DNA of 64,000 nucleotides from Octopus sinensis (lineage: Eukaryota): the NCBI RefSeq assembly GCF_006345805.1, contig NC_043004.1, forward strand, positions 60,884,001 to 60,948,000, read 5' to 3'. Made by a program: the position numbers and the translations under genes. Shown one piece after another: positions 50,374-64,000 of this stretch; position 1 is the stretch's first letter; each line of letters begins with the position of its first letter. Under the pieces are notes generated by a model. The model was not told the DNA's origin. It saw only the letters and a list, made by a program, of their open reading frames with translations, and ran no database searches.

Positions 50374-52870
50374 GATCTTCATGCTGTATGTACATATATA
50401 TGCTGGCATGTTGACAGGAAATCCTTGCATACATTCCTCATAGTTTTACAGAATGTTCTAGGTGTATTTATTGTGGTATCCTTATAAAAGAAGTTGTAAT
50501 GTCTTTGATGAGATACAACACAACAAAAAAGTATCAACTAGTCTGGCCAAAGGCATGCCAGAATGTCTTGTGTTATCATGGCAAAACATACTGAGTACAT
50601 TCATCTAAGTGATTGGCAATGGGAGAATTCACCCATAAAAGATATTCTAAAAATGGAACAGACGTGCAAGGTGTGGCACGTGCACTAAAAGGGCTGTCAG
50701 TTCGAATAAGCACTGGCTTGTTCCCTACCTGACTCCATGCCATAATAGAAAAGCAGACGTAAAATGGTGACGACTTCAATATGCTTATAATAGCAGAATC
50801 ACATATATGTATCTGCATATAAGCATACCTGATTTGCGGAGAATATTGCCAGCCTAGAAGCTTTCGTTAATGTCTTCAGCTGCAATGACAACAACTAAGA
50901 ACCAACCAAGAAAGTTGTTATATATAAGCTATCAAGGCAATAGTACAATGCAAGAACAGTTTCTATATTTTTTTATTAAAGAATTTTCATCAATATTCTT
51001 CATATGAAACTTCCATATATTTTCTGTTGCAAATCCAGAGATTTTCTTGTGTGTCTTTGATATTACTGTTTAGTTCCTTTGTTACATTCATTTGTTAAAT
51101 TCGTTGATGTAGTTAAACACAAGTTGTTACATCAATATTTATCACTGTGGTATTATTATTAATATAACAAGAATGTTAAAAAAGAAAATCATCAAGCAAA
51201 ACAAATGGACCTAAAGAACTATAACTACATAATTTTAACTTCTTGTAATTAATTCTGGTAATTAATCGAACTGTACATCTTCATCATCATAATTGCATTT
51301 TTATTTTTTATAATCTATTTCAAGTATAATTGAACGAAATGAAAGCAGTTTATACTAGGTGGTTGTTAATTTTTTCCCCCAGATATATATCAGCCCCACA
51401 CACACAAACATGATCATATCAGAATCAAATTCAGGTTAGCCTTCCATCAGTTGCAGCACAAATTGCCTCAGTCCAGGTCAGATGATCAGTAATTTCATTT
51501 TCTAAATTGTAGACATTGTTTCTATGATTAGATGTCATTCCTAACAATGATTTTAATTAGCACAGGGGGTGCATTTTATTGTGGCACGTAAATTGGAGAA
51601 GCCATCACGTACACAGGACAAAAGTAATGCTCTGCTTTCCTATATATATATATATATATACATGTGTGTATGTGGAGGCGCAATGGCCCAGTGGTTAGGG
51701 CAGCGGACTCGCGGTTTTGATTCCCAGACCGGGCGTTGTAAGTGTTTATTGAGCGAAAACACCTAAAGCTCCACGAGGCTCCGGCAGGGGATGGTGGTGA
51801 TCCCTGCTGTACTCTTTCACCACAACTTTCACTCTTACTTCCTGTTTCTGTTGTACCTGTATTTCAAAGGGCCGGCCTTGTCACTCTCTGTGTCACCCTG
51901 AATATCCCCGAGAACTACGTTAAGGGTACACGTGTCTGTGGAGTGCTCAGCCACTTACATGTTAATTTCACGAGCAGGCTGTTCTGTTGATTCGGATCAA
52001 CCAGAACCCTCGTCGTCGTAACCGACGGAGTGCTTCCACAATTCATTACTGTTTTTGCTTTCCTTGTTAATGAATTTGGTAATGTTTTTTTTTAAATATT
52101 TTTGTCTTTTATACATACACACATGACACACACACATACATGTATAATCAAACTGAAATTTAAAAGCTGTTAACAATGGAACTTTTAGAATAAAACAAAG
52201 ACAGCCATGGGTGCATGGTAAAGAATTTCCCTTTCTACCCATGTGGTTCCAGGTTCAGTCCAACTGTGGGGCATATTGGCAAGTGTCTTTTATTATAGCC
52301 CTGGGCCAACCAAACCCTTGTGAGTGAATTTGGTTGATGGAAACTAAAAGCCCAATGTGTGTGTTTACATAGACAAACATGTGTGCATGCTAATGTGTGT
52401 GCGTGTAACAGATTCTGTTTCTTTGTCTTGACATCATGCGATAGTAATAAATGAGTCTTACCTTCATTATTTTCAAAATTGCATTATTTATTACTAAATT
52501 TTCTGGTTTGTTGCATATTTCCGTTTGAAGTTTGCTGTCTCATACATCGAAAATTATGTATATAACACGCACAGAGAAAAAATTGATTGTATTCATCATC
52601 ATCATCATCATCGTTTAACGTCCGTTTTCCGCGCTAGCATGGGTTGGATGGTTCGACCGGGGTCTGGGAAGCCAGGGGCCACACCAGGCTCCAGTCTGAT
52701 CTGGCAGTGTTTCTACAGCTGGATGCCCTTCCTAACGCCAACCACTCCACGAGTGTAGTGGGTGCTTTTTATGTGCCACCTGCACAGGTGCCAGCGGGGT
52801 CTGGCATCGGCCACGATCGGTTGGTGCTTTTAACGTGCCACCGGCACGGAAGCCAGCCAGTATTATACTG

Positions 52871-52907
<37 letters not shown>

Positions 52908-54134
52908 ACAATTTTTTAAAAATCGTTTATATGAATATAGTTCTTGTCATAAAACACTGATTGGAATCATTTTCTGTTTTCGCAAATTACATAAATTTTA
53001 TCTCATCTACTGTTTTTTTTTTCTTAAGTTTATAATTTTTCTATATAATCTTTGAAATAAAACCAAAAGCATTTAAAAAAAATCTCTGATGAATATTTTA
53101 TGGTTATTTTTGAACATTTGTAAAGAAATAAAGAAAATTTTAGGACAAAATTAAATGATTACCTCTGTGTTAGATTGGAAACATCGTTGTACAACGTTAA
53201 TAAAAAGCTGAAATTGTGATTCTTAAAATCTTGTTCAGATTTTTGTTGAGATCTGATATTTTAAAATTATTCTGCCTCTCTTTGTCGACCTGTCTGTGTA
53301 TCTGTATTTGTCTATCCATTTAGCTTCTGGTTTAACTATATAACTAACCTTGGTGTGTGTGTTTGTTTCCTTGTTGAGAGGATCTGCATAAAAAAAATAG
53401 AAATAAATAAAATAAGCACTCAATTCTGTGAATACAGGACTTGTATGTGATCTACTTCAAGTTTCATGTTCGGAACAAGGAGTACTCGGACGAGTTTGTA
53501 TCCTGTACCGCGCACGATCCAACAATCATTTCGGTTTAAATAACCTGGCTACACTTAGGAAATCGTAAATAAAAAAAAAACATTAAGGTATATTATTTCA
53601 TATAGTTTATGGTAGGGTTTTGTGTTTAAATCTCCGTCAAATAAAGCGTCTCAGAAGTCAGCTTTAGTGAGATAGCTGTTGTAATTTTAACAACTATACT
53701 GCTAAAGATGGGTGTGAGGTTTTCCCTAAGGTATCTACTTTATGATCATCAATGCTGTCAGATATCCCTAAAACATCATCTGTGTATAGTGACTGTGGTA
53801 AGTAGCTTGCCTACCAACCACATGGTTCCGGGTTCAGTCCAACTGCGTGGTACTTTGGGCAAGTGTCTTCTACTATAACTTCGGGCCGACTAAAGCCTTG
53901 TGAGTGGATTTGTAGACGGAAACTGAAAGAAGCCCGTCGTATATATGTATTTATATATGTTTGTGTTTGTCCCCCAACATCGCTTGACAACCGACGTTGT
54001 TATGTTTACGTCCCCGTAACTTAGCAGTTCGGCATAAGAGACCGTTAGAATAAGTACTAAGGCTTACAAAAAAATAAGTCCTGAGGTCGATTTGCTCGAC
54101 TAAAGGTGGTGCTCCAGCATGGCCGCAGTCAAAA

Positions 54135-54710
54135 GCCCAACTAGATAACATGTCAGCACTATCATACGAACCCATCGATACAACGAGCAGTTCATTTGAT
54201 TCAGATTTCTTGATCCAGGTTGAATTCTTATTAAAAAAGAGGGTCTTACGTTCATGTATGAGGAACTCAAATTCTGTATGATTAATGGAGACGTATTTTC
54301 GAATGAGCTTAATTGCTTTTTCCAGCGAAGTGTAAGAGTCCACGATAGCAAATTGTAAGAACTGAACTTTAGACTCGTCATTTATGTTCTTAAACATGTT
54401 TATGACTGTGCTACCACCTGTGTCATCTCTTGTGAAAGGTAGGAGAGTCCAGTTTGCTGGACATTGTTGTAGAGCTGAAAAAGAAGTAATTTCCACTCTT
54501 CTCCTCTGGAAGCCATCTACTCGCAATACCAGAGGGCGCACACTCTCCTACCCTGATGTAATCTCCAGGGATACAGGCACCCAGCAACAGGACCTCCGTA
54601 ATGCCATGATGGACCGTGAAGTCTGGCGTAGCATGGTAAATTCCATTGTCTCGACCACGGTCGAACAATGATGATGATGATTGTGCTGCAATTTGTCTTC
54701 ATTTGCAGTT
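54135..54710 (-). mobile_element. Penelope-like RT fragment, interrupted by an RTE 3' end
   Basis: FLQFAIVDSY...HERKTLFF..WIKK..VSMGSYDSA, a decayed form of the PLE motif FDIxDFYPS...TMGSYDGAE. Confidence 0.7.
54413..54680 (+). mobile_element. RTE-like LINE 3' end with (TGA)n tail
   Basis: RRVQFAGHCCR...LLLWKP...MMDREVWR; flanking duplication atga(c/t)tgtgct. Confidence 0.8.
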
Positions 54711-55064
54711 ACTCTTTGTTTCAGTCATATCAAGTGGTTAGAGCGTCGAGGTTACGATCGCGAGGTTGTGAGTTCGAATCCCAGACCAGGCTGCTTGTGT
54801 TCTCGAGCAAAACAATTTCACGTTGCTCCAGTTCATTCAGGTGTAGAAATGAGTTGCGACGTCACAGGTGCCAAGCTGTATCGACCTTTGCCTTTCCCTT
54901 AGATAACACTGGTGGCGCGGAGAGGAGAGGCCGGTATGCATGGGCGAATACTGGTCTCCCATAAACTACCATGCCCGGACTTGTGCCTGGGAGGGTTACT
55001 TCCCAGTGCAATCCCATGGTCAGTCATGACCGAAGGGTGTCTCAGCATAATGTATGGGTAGAAT

Positions 55065-56040
55065 ACACAGGTCTGCGAAATGAAATATTTTGATAATTGT
55101 GTTACTGCATAAATTTATGTGGTGCTAACTCACGATTTCACACGATTTAATGATAAAATATACCATAATTTGTAGGTAAATTCATGCATTGTTGGACAAA
55201 ATGAATCTAATAAAAATTAATTTGGTACAATTGAAAGGTGAGAAAATAGAATTTTTTTTTTATTCTGCTCCTCGAATCTCGTTTCTTACTTGGAAATTAC
55301 ACCTGGAACTCTTTCACTCGTGGACATTCATGATGCATCCTCCACCAGTAGTCGGTCATCATACTGACCCTATCTTCGCTGACACCTTTCCATCTCCTTT
55401 ATTTCTTGATACCTTTCCTTGTGCTTCTCCCTCACAGCTCCTAGATTTTTCTGAAAGAAATCCACATGGGCAGGTAGGAAAAGAACTTTAAAACTCATTT
55501 TACATCCTTAAGCCTCGAACATTTCCAGCATTCTTCTCGCTAGGCCTTTGTAGTTTGGATCCTTGTTATTACCTAAAATGTTCTTCATTTCTTTAAAAAG
55601 TAATCCATGCTTCTTTTTCAGAATCATTAATAGAAGTTTCAAAATTTTCATCTTTGACGCGTTTCCTTATATCTGATCCTTTATATACACCCTCTTCAAC
55701 CTTGGTGTCTGATAGAGCAGGAAACTTATTACGTAGATAAATGAAACCCTCTCTATTCTGCGGCAAAGCTTTTATGTATTGCTTCAAGGGGCCAAGTCTT
55801 ATATGTAGAAGAGTCAAAAGAACCTTTTTTCGGATCAAATAAACTTTCTTGAAGGATATTATTTGTTCCTGGTGTAAGCGTATCCCTACTTGGCCATTAT
55901 CTTTTAGACCGTTTTATGTTTCTGGCGCTACTGTACCATTCGCACAAGAGACTCAGAAACCCTGTGCAGCCAAACAGTTGTGCAGGCAATATATCCAGTT
56001 GTGATCTTTGAATTTAATCTTGTCTAAGTGTGACGCCAAA
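55065..56040 (-). pseudogene. DNA transposase fossil, probably CMC/Chapaev3-like
   Basis: LHIRLGPLKQYIKAL...KFPALSDTKVEEG...EKEAW and ENLGAV..HKERYQEIKEMER..MTDYWW, decayed forms of PPLHIKLGLMKQFVKAL and SDEHGERFHQ. Superfamily assigned from memory. Confidence 0.65.
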
Positions 56041-56333
56041 TTTTCATGATTCCTTCACGATCACTGAGTGTCCAAACAGGGGTGGGGGCATATTTATTAC
56101 CATTATGCAGTAGAACAAGTTTAAGACGTTTACTCTTTTACTTGTTTCACTCATTTGACTGCGGCCATGCTGGAGCACCGCCTTTAGTCGAGCAAATCGA
56201 CCCCGGGACTTATTCTTTGTAAGCTCAGTACTTATTCTATCGGTCTCTTTTGCCGAACCGCTAAGTGACGGGGACATAAACACACCAGCATCGGTTGTCA
56301 AGCAATGCTAGGGGGACAAACACAGACACACAA

Positions 56334-56366
<33 letters not shown>

Positions 56367-56529
56367 CATATATACGACAGGCTTCTTTCAGTTTCCATCT
56401 ACCAAATCCACTCACAAGGCATTGGTCGGCCCGGGGCTATAGCATAAGATACTTGCCCAAGATGCCACGCAGTGGGACTGAACCCGGAACCATGTGGTTG
56501 GTTAGCAAGCTACTTACCACACAGCCAAC

Positions 56530-57950
56530 TTTTACTTAATGTCTTGGAATACTTGCAATTCTTATGTACTAAGTTGAATTCCTTTATTCTTCTTGCGGTT
56601 CTTCAATAGTTCCATAAGAGGAAGTAAGCCATCTGTGCAGTGTGGAATGAAACATCGATGAATACTTTTTAGTCCCCAGATCTTTCTAAGCTTCCGCAAC
56701 AAATTCAGAACTGGGAACTTTCTTATCGCTTCTCCTTTTTCAGGTAGTGGTCTTATTCCATCATTGTCGACGAAATAACCTAAAAAAGAGATACTTTCTA
56801 CATCAAAAGACACATTTAGCAGGGTTTATGACAATTTTGTATCTGGAAAACCTTTTGAAAAGTTGGTGTAAGTGAACTTTACGAAGCTCTTTGCAATTGA
56901 TAGATCGTCAGCATAGGCAAAAACGAAATTAAGATTCCTCGTGACTTCGCCAATGAATCTTTGAAAGGTGTTTGTGGCATTTTTAAGCCCAAAAGAAATT
57001 TTAACTGACTCGAATAACCAAATTATGTTGTAATAACTATTTTCGGTATGTCTTTCTCTTCAGGGATTTGGTTGTTTGCCCTTACTAGATCTATTTTAGA
57101 AAAACTGTCTGAGGATGCTGTGAAATTATGAAGTGCGGAATTGGATATCTGTCCAGTATCGTTATTGCATTTTATTGTCTGAAATCACCGCATGGTCACC
57201 AATCATTGTTCCATTTTGATTCTTGAATTCAAATCTTGAACCCAAAATCTAAGCTTATTTCTTTGCGAGCCTCAAGGCCCTCACTCGATCATTTAATTCA
57301 CACTTGTTGAATAACTGAGGTTCTTTACATTCATGGCTATTGAGGTCTTTATCATCATTGGTATTTCTGCCTTTTGAATCAAAACTCAAGTGTATATCTT
57401 CAAGGTTTCCTGGTGGTGATGAGCCTGGAACATATGATCTGCAGATAGTAGGTCGCATTACTGATTTGAGATTTGTATAAATAATGTTTTTTTTCACTAT
57501 TCGAATTGTGTCCCCGCATTTCACTGATGAAGTACAGTCATCACTGATTTTTAGGATCACTCCATATTATTGGAGCCCCAAAACGAAAAGAATTCTTTGT
57601 CTATTTCATCCCCTGTCTTAGTTCTTCAACACAGATTGACCAGGCCTTATGAGGAGCGCACCAAAGTCGAAATAGTAAGATATTTTGACAAATTCGGTAA
57701 TGATTTTCTGATGTTTCTTAGTTTTAAACTTGCTACGATTGTAACAAAAATTAACCGGGTTTGCAGCGCATCTTCTTGGACAGTGCTACTCAAAGTGGTG
57801 GCCCACGGACTGGTGCCATTCCGCGAGTCATCAGCTGCCTGTACGCGGCGAGTATCCAGAAAAGGAAGAAACAATGGCATAATTTTTGTAATTTCACCTT
57901 ATGCACAGTAGTAAACAGCTTATCAGCTGGCCGGTGGAGTGTGGTACCCA
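56530..57950 (-). mobile_element. Gypsy LTR-retrotransposon remnant (RT, gag-like)
   Basis: DRYPIP, FSKIDL, FGLKNATNTFQRFI, FAYADDL, GIRPLPEK..IRKFP. Confidence 0.85.
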
Positions 57951-58039
57951 CCGACCGTGGTAGAAATTGTGTAAGTAAATGTAGTATATTTGTGATATGA
58001 TAATATATTTTCTATTTATCATAGCTTACTGGTGTAGTC

Positions 58040-58375
58040 GTCATCATCATTTAGCGTCCGCTTTCCATGCTAGCATGGGTTGGACGGTTCGACCGGGGAT
58101 TTGGGAAGCCAGAAGGCTGCACCACGCCCAGTCTGATCTGGCAATGTTTCTACGGCTGGATGCCCTTCCTAACGCCAACCACTCCGTGAGTGTAGTGGGT
58201 GCTTTTTACGTGCCACTTGCACAGGTGCCAGATGGAGCTGGCAAATGGCCACGGACGGATGGTGCTTTTTACGTGCCACCGGCACAGGGGCCAGGTGAGG
58301 CTGGCAACGGCCACGATCGGATGGTGCTTTTTACGTGCCACCGGCACAGGGGCCAGGCGAGGCTGGCAACGGCAG
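58040..58375 (-). mobile_element. (GAT)n-tailed retroposon with internal gtggcacgtaaaaagcacc repeats; copies at about 26845-27000, 28060-28422, 35215-35338, 36600-37020, 40025-40265, 49630-49872, 52595-52858
   Basis: Shared ggttggcgttaggaagggcatccagc...catgctagcatggaaagcggacgttaaacgatgatg. Confidence 0.8.
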
Positions 58376-59295
58376 TATTTGCGCTTGTAAAAAAGAAGTT
58401 GTTTCCAGTGGTGTGAAGAGATCAAATGGAGTGAGTTGAGGTAGTGGAGCGCTGGTGAGTGGCGATATTTGGCATCTTGTGACTAGGCTGGTCACCAGCA
58501 GTTACCATCAAGAAGTTGAATAGAGAGCATCATACAGATATCTGCGCATTTGTCATTTGGGACCCTCTCATAACCCACTGATCCGAGAATGTAAGTACGA
58601 ATAATTTTAGCTTCCCCATTTTTACCCTGTTTGTAATATAATAATAAAATTTAACGAAAATTATGAGAACTAAAAATCTTAATTAACCAAGAGTGGCTGT
58701 GTGGTAAGTAGCTTGCTTCCCAACCACATGGTTCCAGGTCTGGTTCCACTGCGTGGTTCCTTGGGCAAGTGTCTTCTACTATAGCCTCGGGTCGACCAAA
58801 GCCTTGTGAGTGGATTTGGTAGGCAGAAACTGAAAGAAGCCCGTCGTATATATATGTTTGTGTGTTTGTGTTTGTCCCCCCAACATCGCTTGACAACCGA
58901 TGCTGGTGTGTTTACTGAAACAAATAAAAGAATAAATTCCTTGCCTACCGGTTCCGTTTTCTCAAGTGACTGAACAGCATAAGTGTATTGCTATTGTGGG
59001 TGTAATAGTGTGTGTACTGTAAGTGTGGCAAATGGTTTCTTTATTATCATTACATTAAAAAACCTCAAAATTTAATTTTTAATTACAATTTAAGAACAAC
59101 GCGTTCACCAGGTTCCAGAGTAATAATTTTCTTTCTAAAACAAAAAAAAAAAGAAAAATGAAGAAAAAATTCAATTATAATTGTTGCGAATATAAAATAT
59201 TTCATTCCATTAAAAATAAATTAAAGAAGTGGTGGTGGTGATGAAACATTCGAATATTTGCGACAATATTAATTAATTTTATCCCCAATTTACAG

Positions 59296-61850
59296 ATGAC
59301 GAAGCGAGGCCCTATGGACATATTTATCAGACCGAGACATCTGGTTGTTGAACGCGATTTTGAATCAGATGACGGCGATGTTACGAAACCGAAGTATTGC
59401 TGACAAAAGGAATTCCTACTAGCTTCATACATTCAATTCGCTTTTGTAGCCGCGAATGATGGGGGTAATGCAGTTTTGTTATTTGTGGAGAACAACGCAA
59501 TGAAGCCATCAAATCTCAAGAGACATTTGAATACAAAACATAAGGAAATTAGTTCAAAGCCAAAAGAGTTCTTTGAAAGAAAGCATGTTGATTTAAAAGA
59601 CTGTCAGAAACGTCTTTGAAGTGTCACACATAAGTACTTGTACTTTGCGGGCTTCTTATAAAGTAACACTTCGAATTGCTAAGGCTAAAAAGCCTTACAC
59701 AATCGGTGAGACGCTAGTGATCGGCTGTATTCAACATGTCTACATGGAAATACTAGGTGTGTTGGCTGCAAAGAAAGTAGCGCAGGTGCCTCTTTCAAAT
59801 GATACTGTAGCTGGACGAATTCATGATCTGACTCACGATATGGAAGGTCAGCTCACAGGATAGCTTAATTTAGCAAAGTACTCTTCTTTGCAGCTTGATA
59901 AATGTACAGACTTTGCTAATCAAACAATTCTGATGGTGTATGTGCACTTTGAACATGAAGGTGATTTGAAGGAAAAGTTTTTTTTCTTTTCTCTGCTTCA
60001 CTACCAACAAAAACAACTAGTTCTGAAATTTTCAAGATTGTGACTAACTACATCGTGGGTTGGATTTCAAGTTTTGTGTAAGCGTATGTTCTGATGGCGC
60101 TGGTGCACTGACAGGACGGAATTTGAGAGTTGTCGCCCAGATAAGGGCCCATACTCCAGAATGCAAATCGATGCACTGCTTCCTTCACCAAGAAAGTTCT
60201 GCAAAAAAAAAAAAAAAAAAAAATATGTCAACAGAACGTTGACAAAGAAAGTTCTGAAAAAAAATATCAATAGGCGTAGGCGCAGGAGTGGTTTTGTGGT
60301 AAGAAGCTTGTTTACCAACCACATGGTTGCGGTTTCAGTCCCACTACGTGGTACCGTGGGTAAGTGTCTTCTACTATAGCCTCGGGCCGACCAAAGCACT
60401 TGTGAGTGGCTTTGATAGACTGAAACTGAAAGAAGCTCGTCGTATATATGTATGTGTGTGTGTGTGTCTGTGTGTGTGTTTGTGTGTCTGTGTTTGTCCC
60501 TCCAACATCGCTTGACAACCGATGCTGGTGTGTTTATGCCCCCGTAACTTAGCGGTTCGGCAAAAAGAGAGCTATATAATAAGTACTAGGCTTACAAAGA
60601 ATAAGTCCTGGGGTCGAGTTGCTCGACTAAGGGCGGTACTCCAGCATGGCCACAGTCAAATGGCTGAAACAAGTAAAAGAGTAAAAGAGAACTAAGCAGT
60701 GTGCTCAGTGAGGTTGTAAAAATTGTGAACCATGTAAAGGCGAATGCTTTAAATTCGAGACTATTCACTGCATCATGTGATAATATGGGAGCTAATCATA
60801 AACAGCTTCTATTGCATGCAATGTACGCTGGTTATCGATGGGGAAAGTCTTATCAATAATGTTTCGGCTACGTAACGAGCTTGCCGTGTTTCTTCTGACA
60901 AAAAACCAAATTGATCCCAATTGTTCGGAGATGTGAACTGGCTAGCCGAGCTGGCTTATTAGGCTGATATGTTTGCCATCTTTAATAATCTCAACAGCTC
61001 CATGCAGGGAACGATAGTTTCGTGTTTTACAATGGCAGACAAGATCGACGGACAGAAATGAAAGCTAGAAGCATGGAAGAGTCGAGTGTCAAGAGATTGT
61101 TATGACATGTTTCGTCAGTAAGTAGCAATCGTCGCTGATGCAGGCAGAGACCTTTAATATTACATTTCTACGAAATATCATCAGAAAACACTTGACGAAT
61201 CTGGCAGACCGGTTTCACTTTTACTTTCCAGCAGAAGAAGATCCATGGAGGGATCCGAAATCCGTTTATTCCACTGCAAGGTGGCTCAAGTGTTATTATG
61301 GAGGATAAATTGTTGGAGTTTGCTGTTGACGAAGGATTGAAGAGGAGTTTCGAAACTACATCACTTGGTTCCTTTTGGATTAAAGTCAAAGCAGAATATC
61401 CTGAGCTTAGTGAAATTGCTATGAAAACTCTTCCCCCATTTCCTTCAACATATCCTCTGCGAGACTGGCTTCTCAACCATGAGTGTCATGACAAAGTACA
61501 GAAATAATATGGATATTCATTCATTTTGCACTTGGCATTGTCCTCAATTGAACCACGGCTGAATAATCTGACAAAGAAGAAGCAGGCTCATCTTCCACAT
61601 TAGTAAAGATTAAGATTATAAAATGCTTATGTAATATTACTCTTTTACTCTTTTACTTGTTTCAGTCATTTGACTTCGGCCATGCTGGAGCACTGCCTTT
61701 AGTCGAGCAAATCGACCCCAGGACTGATTCTTTGTAAGCCCAGTACTTATTCTATCGGTCTCCTTTTGCCGAAACCGCTAAGTTATGGGGACGTAAAAAC
61801 ACCAGCATCGGTTGTCAAGCGATGTTGGGGGGAAAAACACAGACACACAA

Positions 61851-61881
<31 letters not shown>

Positions 61882-62226
61882 CATATATACGATGAGCTTC
61901 TTTCAGTTTCTGTCTACCAAATCCACTCACAAGGATTTGGTCGGCCCGAGGCTATAGTAGAAGACACTTGCCCAAGGTACCACGCAGTGGGACTGAAACC
62001 GCAACTATGTGGTTGGGAAGCAAGCTTCTTACCACACAGCCGCTCCTGCGCTTGTTTACAAAATAAATATAAAATTTAAAAAAAATTTGTCAACTTTTAT
62101 TATATTCATTATATTTATTGTTTCTGGTATAAATTAATATTACTATGAAATATTACCGGTCCCTGGCATATTTGAAAAAAAAAAACAACTTCCGGTACAC
62201 CACATCAGATAGTTTAAGAAGCACTG
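59296..62226 (+). mobile_element. hAT (Buster/Charlie, ZBED5-like) transposon fossil interrupted by two SINEs
   Basis: MKPSNLKRHLNTKH, RIAKAKKPYTIGE, PLSNDTV, LQLD, CSDGA, HCFLH, FWIKVKAEYPELS; right TIR cagtgcttcttaaact ends at 62226. Confidence 0.9.
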
Positions 62227-62379
62227 TTATAGGAAACATACTAGCTTCAATTGATGAGGAGGTCTATAAGTAAAAGGGAAGAGGATATTTTTCCACAGCA
62301 TACATTTGAATATACAGTATACATAATATCCTTAAAGAAGCATTGGAATGCAGCATATGATACAATAAAGCAAAGCATA

Positions 62380-62771
62380 TCTTTATATATAAAAGTGAAG
62401 TAGTGTGTTTGTCTCCTACGATTTAGATTCCTAACTACTCCCACATTTTGCGGTGCAGTGTAACCAAAAGCGGGTATCTTATAGTCGTGATTCATATCGA
62501 GCCCTTCTGGGTATTAGCGCGCGTCTACGATGAGTCTACGATTTAAAAAAAAAATTTACCATTAATTTTTCCCATTTTTAATGCATTTTTTTGCTATTAT
62601 ATAAGGGAAGTAACTCTCTAAAATTTATTAAATCTCAGAACGTAAAAAGCTACAGTAACATCCCCTTTTGTGGTTAGCCATATTCAGATGGCTATTATAC
62701 TTTACATCTCTAAAAATGCTTATATAGTTATTTCCCTTACAAACCCGAGCAACGCCGGGCGATACTGCTAG
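62380..62771 (+). mobile_element. Non-autonomous Helitron (full-length copy)
   Basis: A|TC...CCCGAGCAACGCCGGG hairpin...CTAG|T; no target-site duplication. Confidence 0.85.
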
Positions 62772-63828
62772 TAGTATATATACGTAAAAAAGCCCGAGGA
62801 TATAATTGAAATAGAAATATAAAAGATATGTTTTATTCTAAGTAAAGTAGCCTCGTAAAGCACATCTTTCCTTCTTCACTGCTTGCGGATGACTGAAGCT
62901 ACAGTGATGCGTGCACGTCTCTGTGTAGCTAAAGTAGTCTAAAATTTGCCAGATGCTCATTTTCCAAAATTACATCTATTATTCTGTTTTGTCTTTTTAT
63001 GTCCTTTTTTTTTAGTATGGAAATTAATAATAATAAAATAAACACAAGAATAAAATTCAGGCATAACGGTAAAATGCCATAATCGAGTTATTGAAGAAAC
63101 GGTACGTAACAGGATTATTATTATTATTATGTTTTTTTTTTTGTTTTTCTTTTTGTAATTTTTGAAATAAGGTAAAAATTGATCAATTTTGTCAAATAAA
63201 TGCGATATTCTTTCTTTAGGGGAAATAATTTAAATAAATTTCTGCGGAGTTAAGTCCCTTTATTTTCCCAAATTACTGTTTCTGCACCTTCGTGCAAGTA
63301 TACGAAGGTGCACAACTATTATTTAGATTGTTTTCGCATATTTATTTCGTGTAAATGCTGCCGGTGAGTTTATGGACCTGTATGTTGGACTGCGTTTACT
63401 CCAGTGTACTTGTACGTTTCTTCATCTGTAAACTGTGTGTACGTGTGCTTATTAAGGTCGCTCTTTTTTAATATTGGCGACACTACAGGTGAATATTTGG
63501 TTAGTCCTAATGAAGACTAGATTAAAAGAAAAAGAAAAAAAAAAAGAAAGTGGAAAGTGTAAAAAGTTAAATTATCGGAAAAAAAATTATCTTTTCCTTT
63601 AGAAAAAAACTATATGTGAAATCAAAAACCAACCACAGAAAGCTCAACAATACTTCAGCAAGGAAACAAAGAGAAGGAAATAGGAATTTAAGTAAGGAAA
63701 GAAACGGGGACATTATTAACAATGGCGTTGCCGCGGAGAAATGCCAGCAGCACCAGTTATTATAACAAAACTCTTATTTGTTACGCTTATTTTTGTTCCA
63801 TCTAACTTTAAATATTGTGCTGTTGTTG

Positions 63829-63965
63829 TCTTCTTCTTCTTCTTCTTCTTCTTCTTCTTCTTCTTCTTCTTCTTCTTCTTCTTCTTCTTCTTCTTCTTCT
63901 TCTTCTTCTTCTTCTTCTTCTTCTTCTTCTTCTTCTTCTTCTTCTTCTTCTTCTTCTTCTTCTTC
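63829..63965. repeat. (TTC)45 microsatellite
   Basis: Seen directly. Confidence 0.95.
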
Positions 63966-64000
63966 CTCCTCCAGTCTGGACTCACGCCATTAGCCACAGA

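Noticed and set aside
53420-53525. Structured CpG-rich stretch (- strand GAAACUUGAAGUA); considered as HHR or 7SK/snoRNA
   Set aside because: No core strand, box motifs or Pol III terminator in the right place.
58195-58375. Repeated gtgctttttacgtgccacc units with variable spacers (CRISPR-like appearance)
   Set aside because: Internal tandem repeats of a eukaryotic retroposon; the spacers are mutually similar and there are no cas genes.

Overview
AT-rich, repeat-dense animal genomic DNA, most likely octopus. That assignment is inferred from the tRNA-derived SINE families and the (TA)n/(GAA)n microsatellites. One host gene can be reconstructed by hand on the + strand: an FBXL6-like F-box/LRR gene with a probable non-coding first exon ending at 25250 and 10 coding exons (28820-50373). 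All introns are GT-AG with compatible phases, giving 475 aa. The rest is SINEs of at least four families, non-autonomous Helitrons, MITEs, and fossils of mariner, hAT, Chapaev3-like, Gypsy, CR1, RTE and Penelope-like elements. Almost all entries in the ORF track are spurious. The most striking signal is a set of hammerhead ribozyme (HHR) motifs from several distinct Penelope/retrozyme-like repeat families. These include a canonical HHR (10526-10608), minimal dimer-type HHRs, and a three-copy family with the compensatory C3G/G8C core swap (GUGAACA). There is also a C4-variant inverted pair and a candidate non-circularly permuted HHR (23424-23490, - strand). All structures were read by eye; none has been folded computationally or tested.
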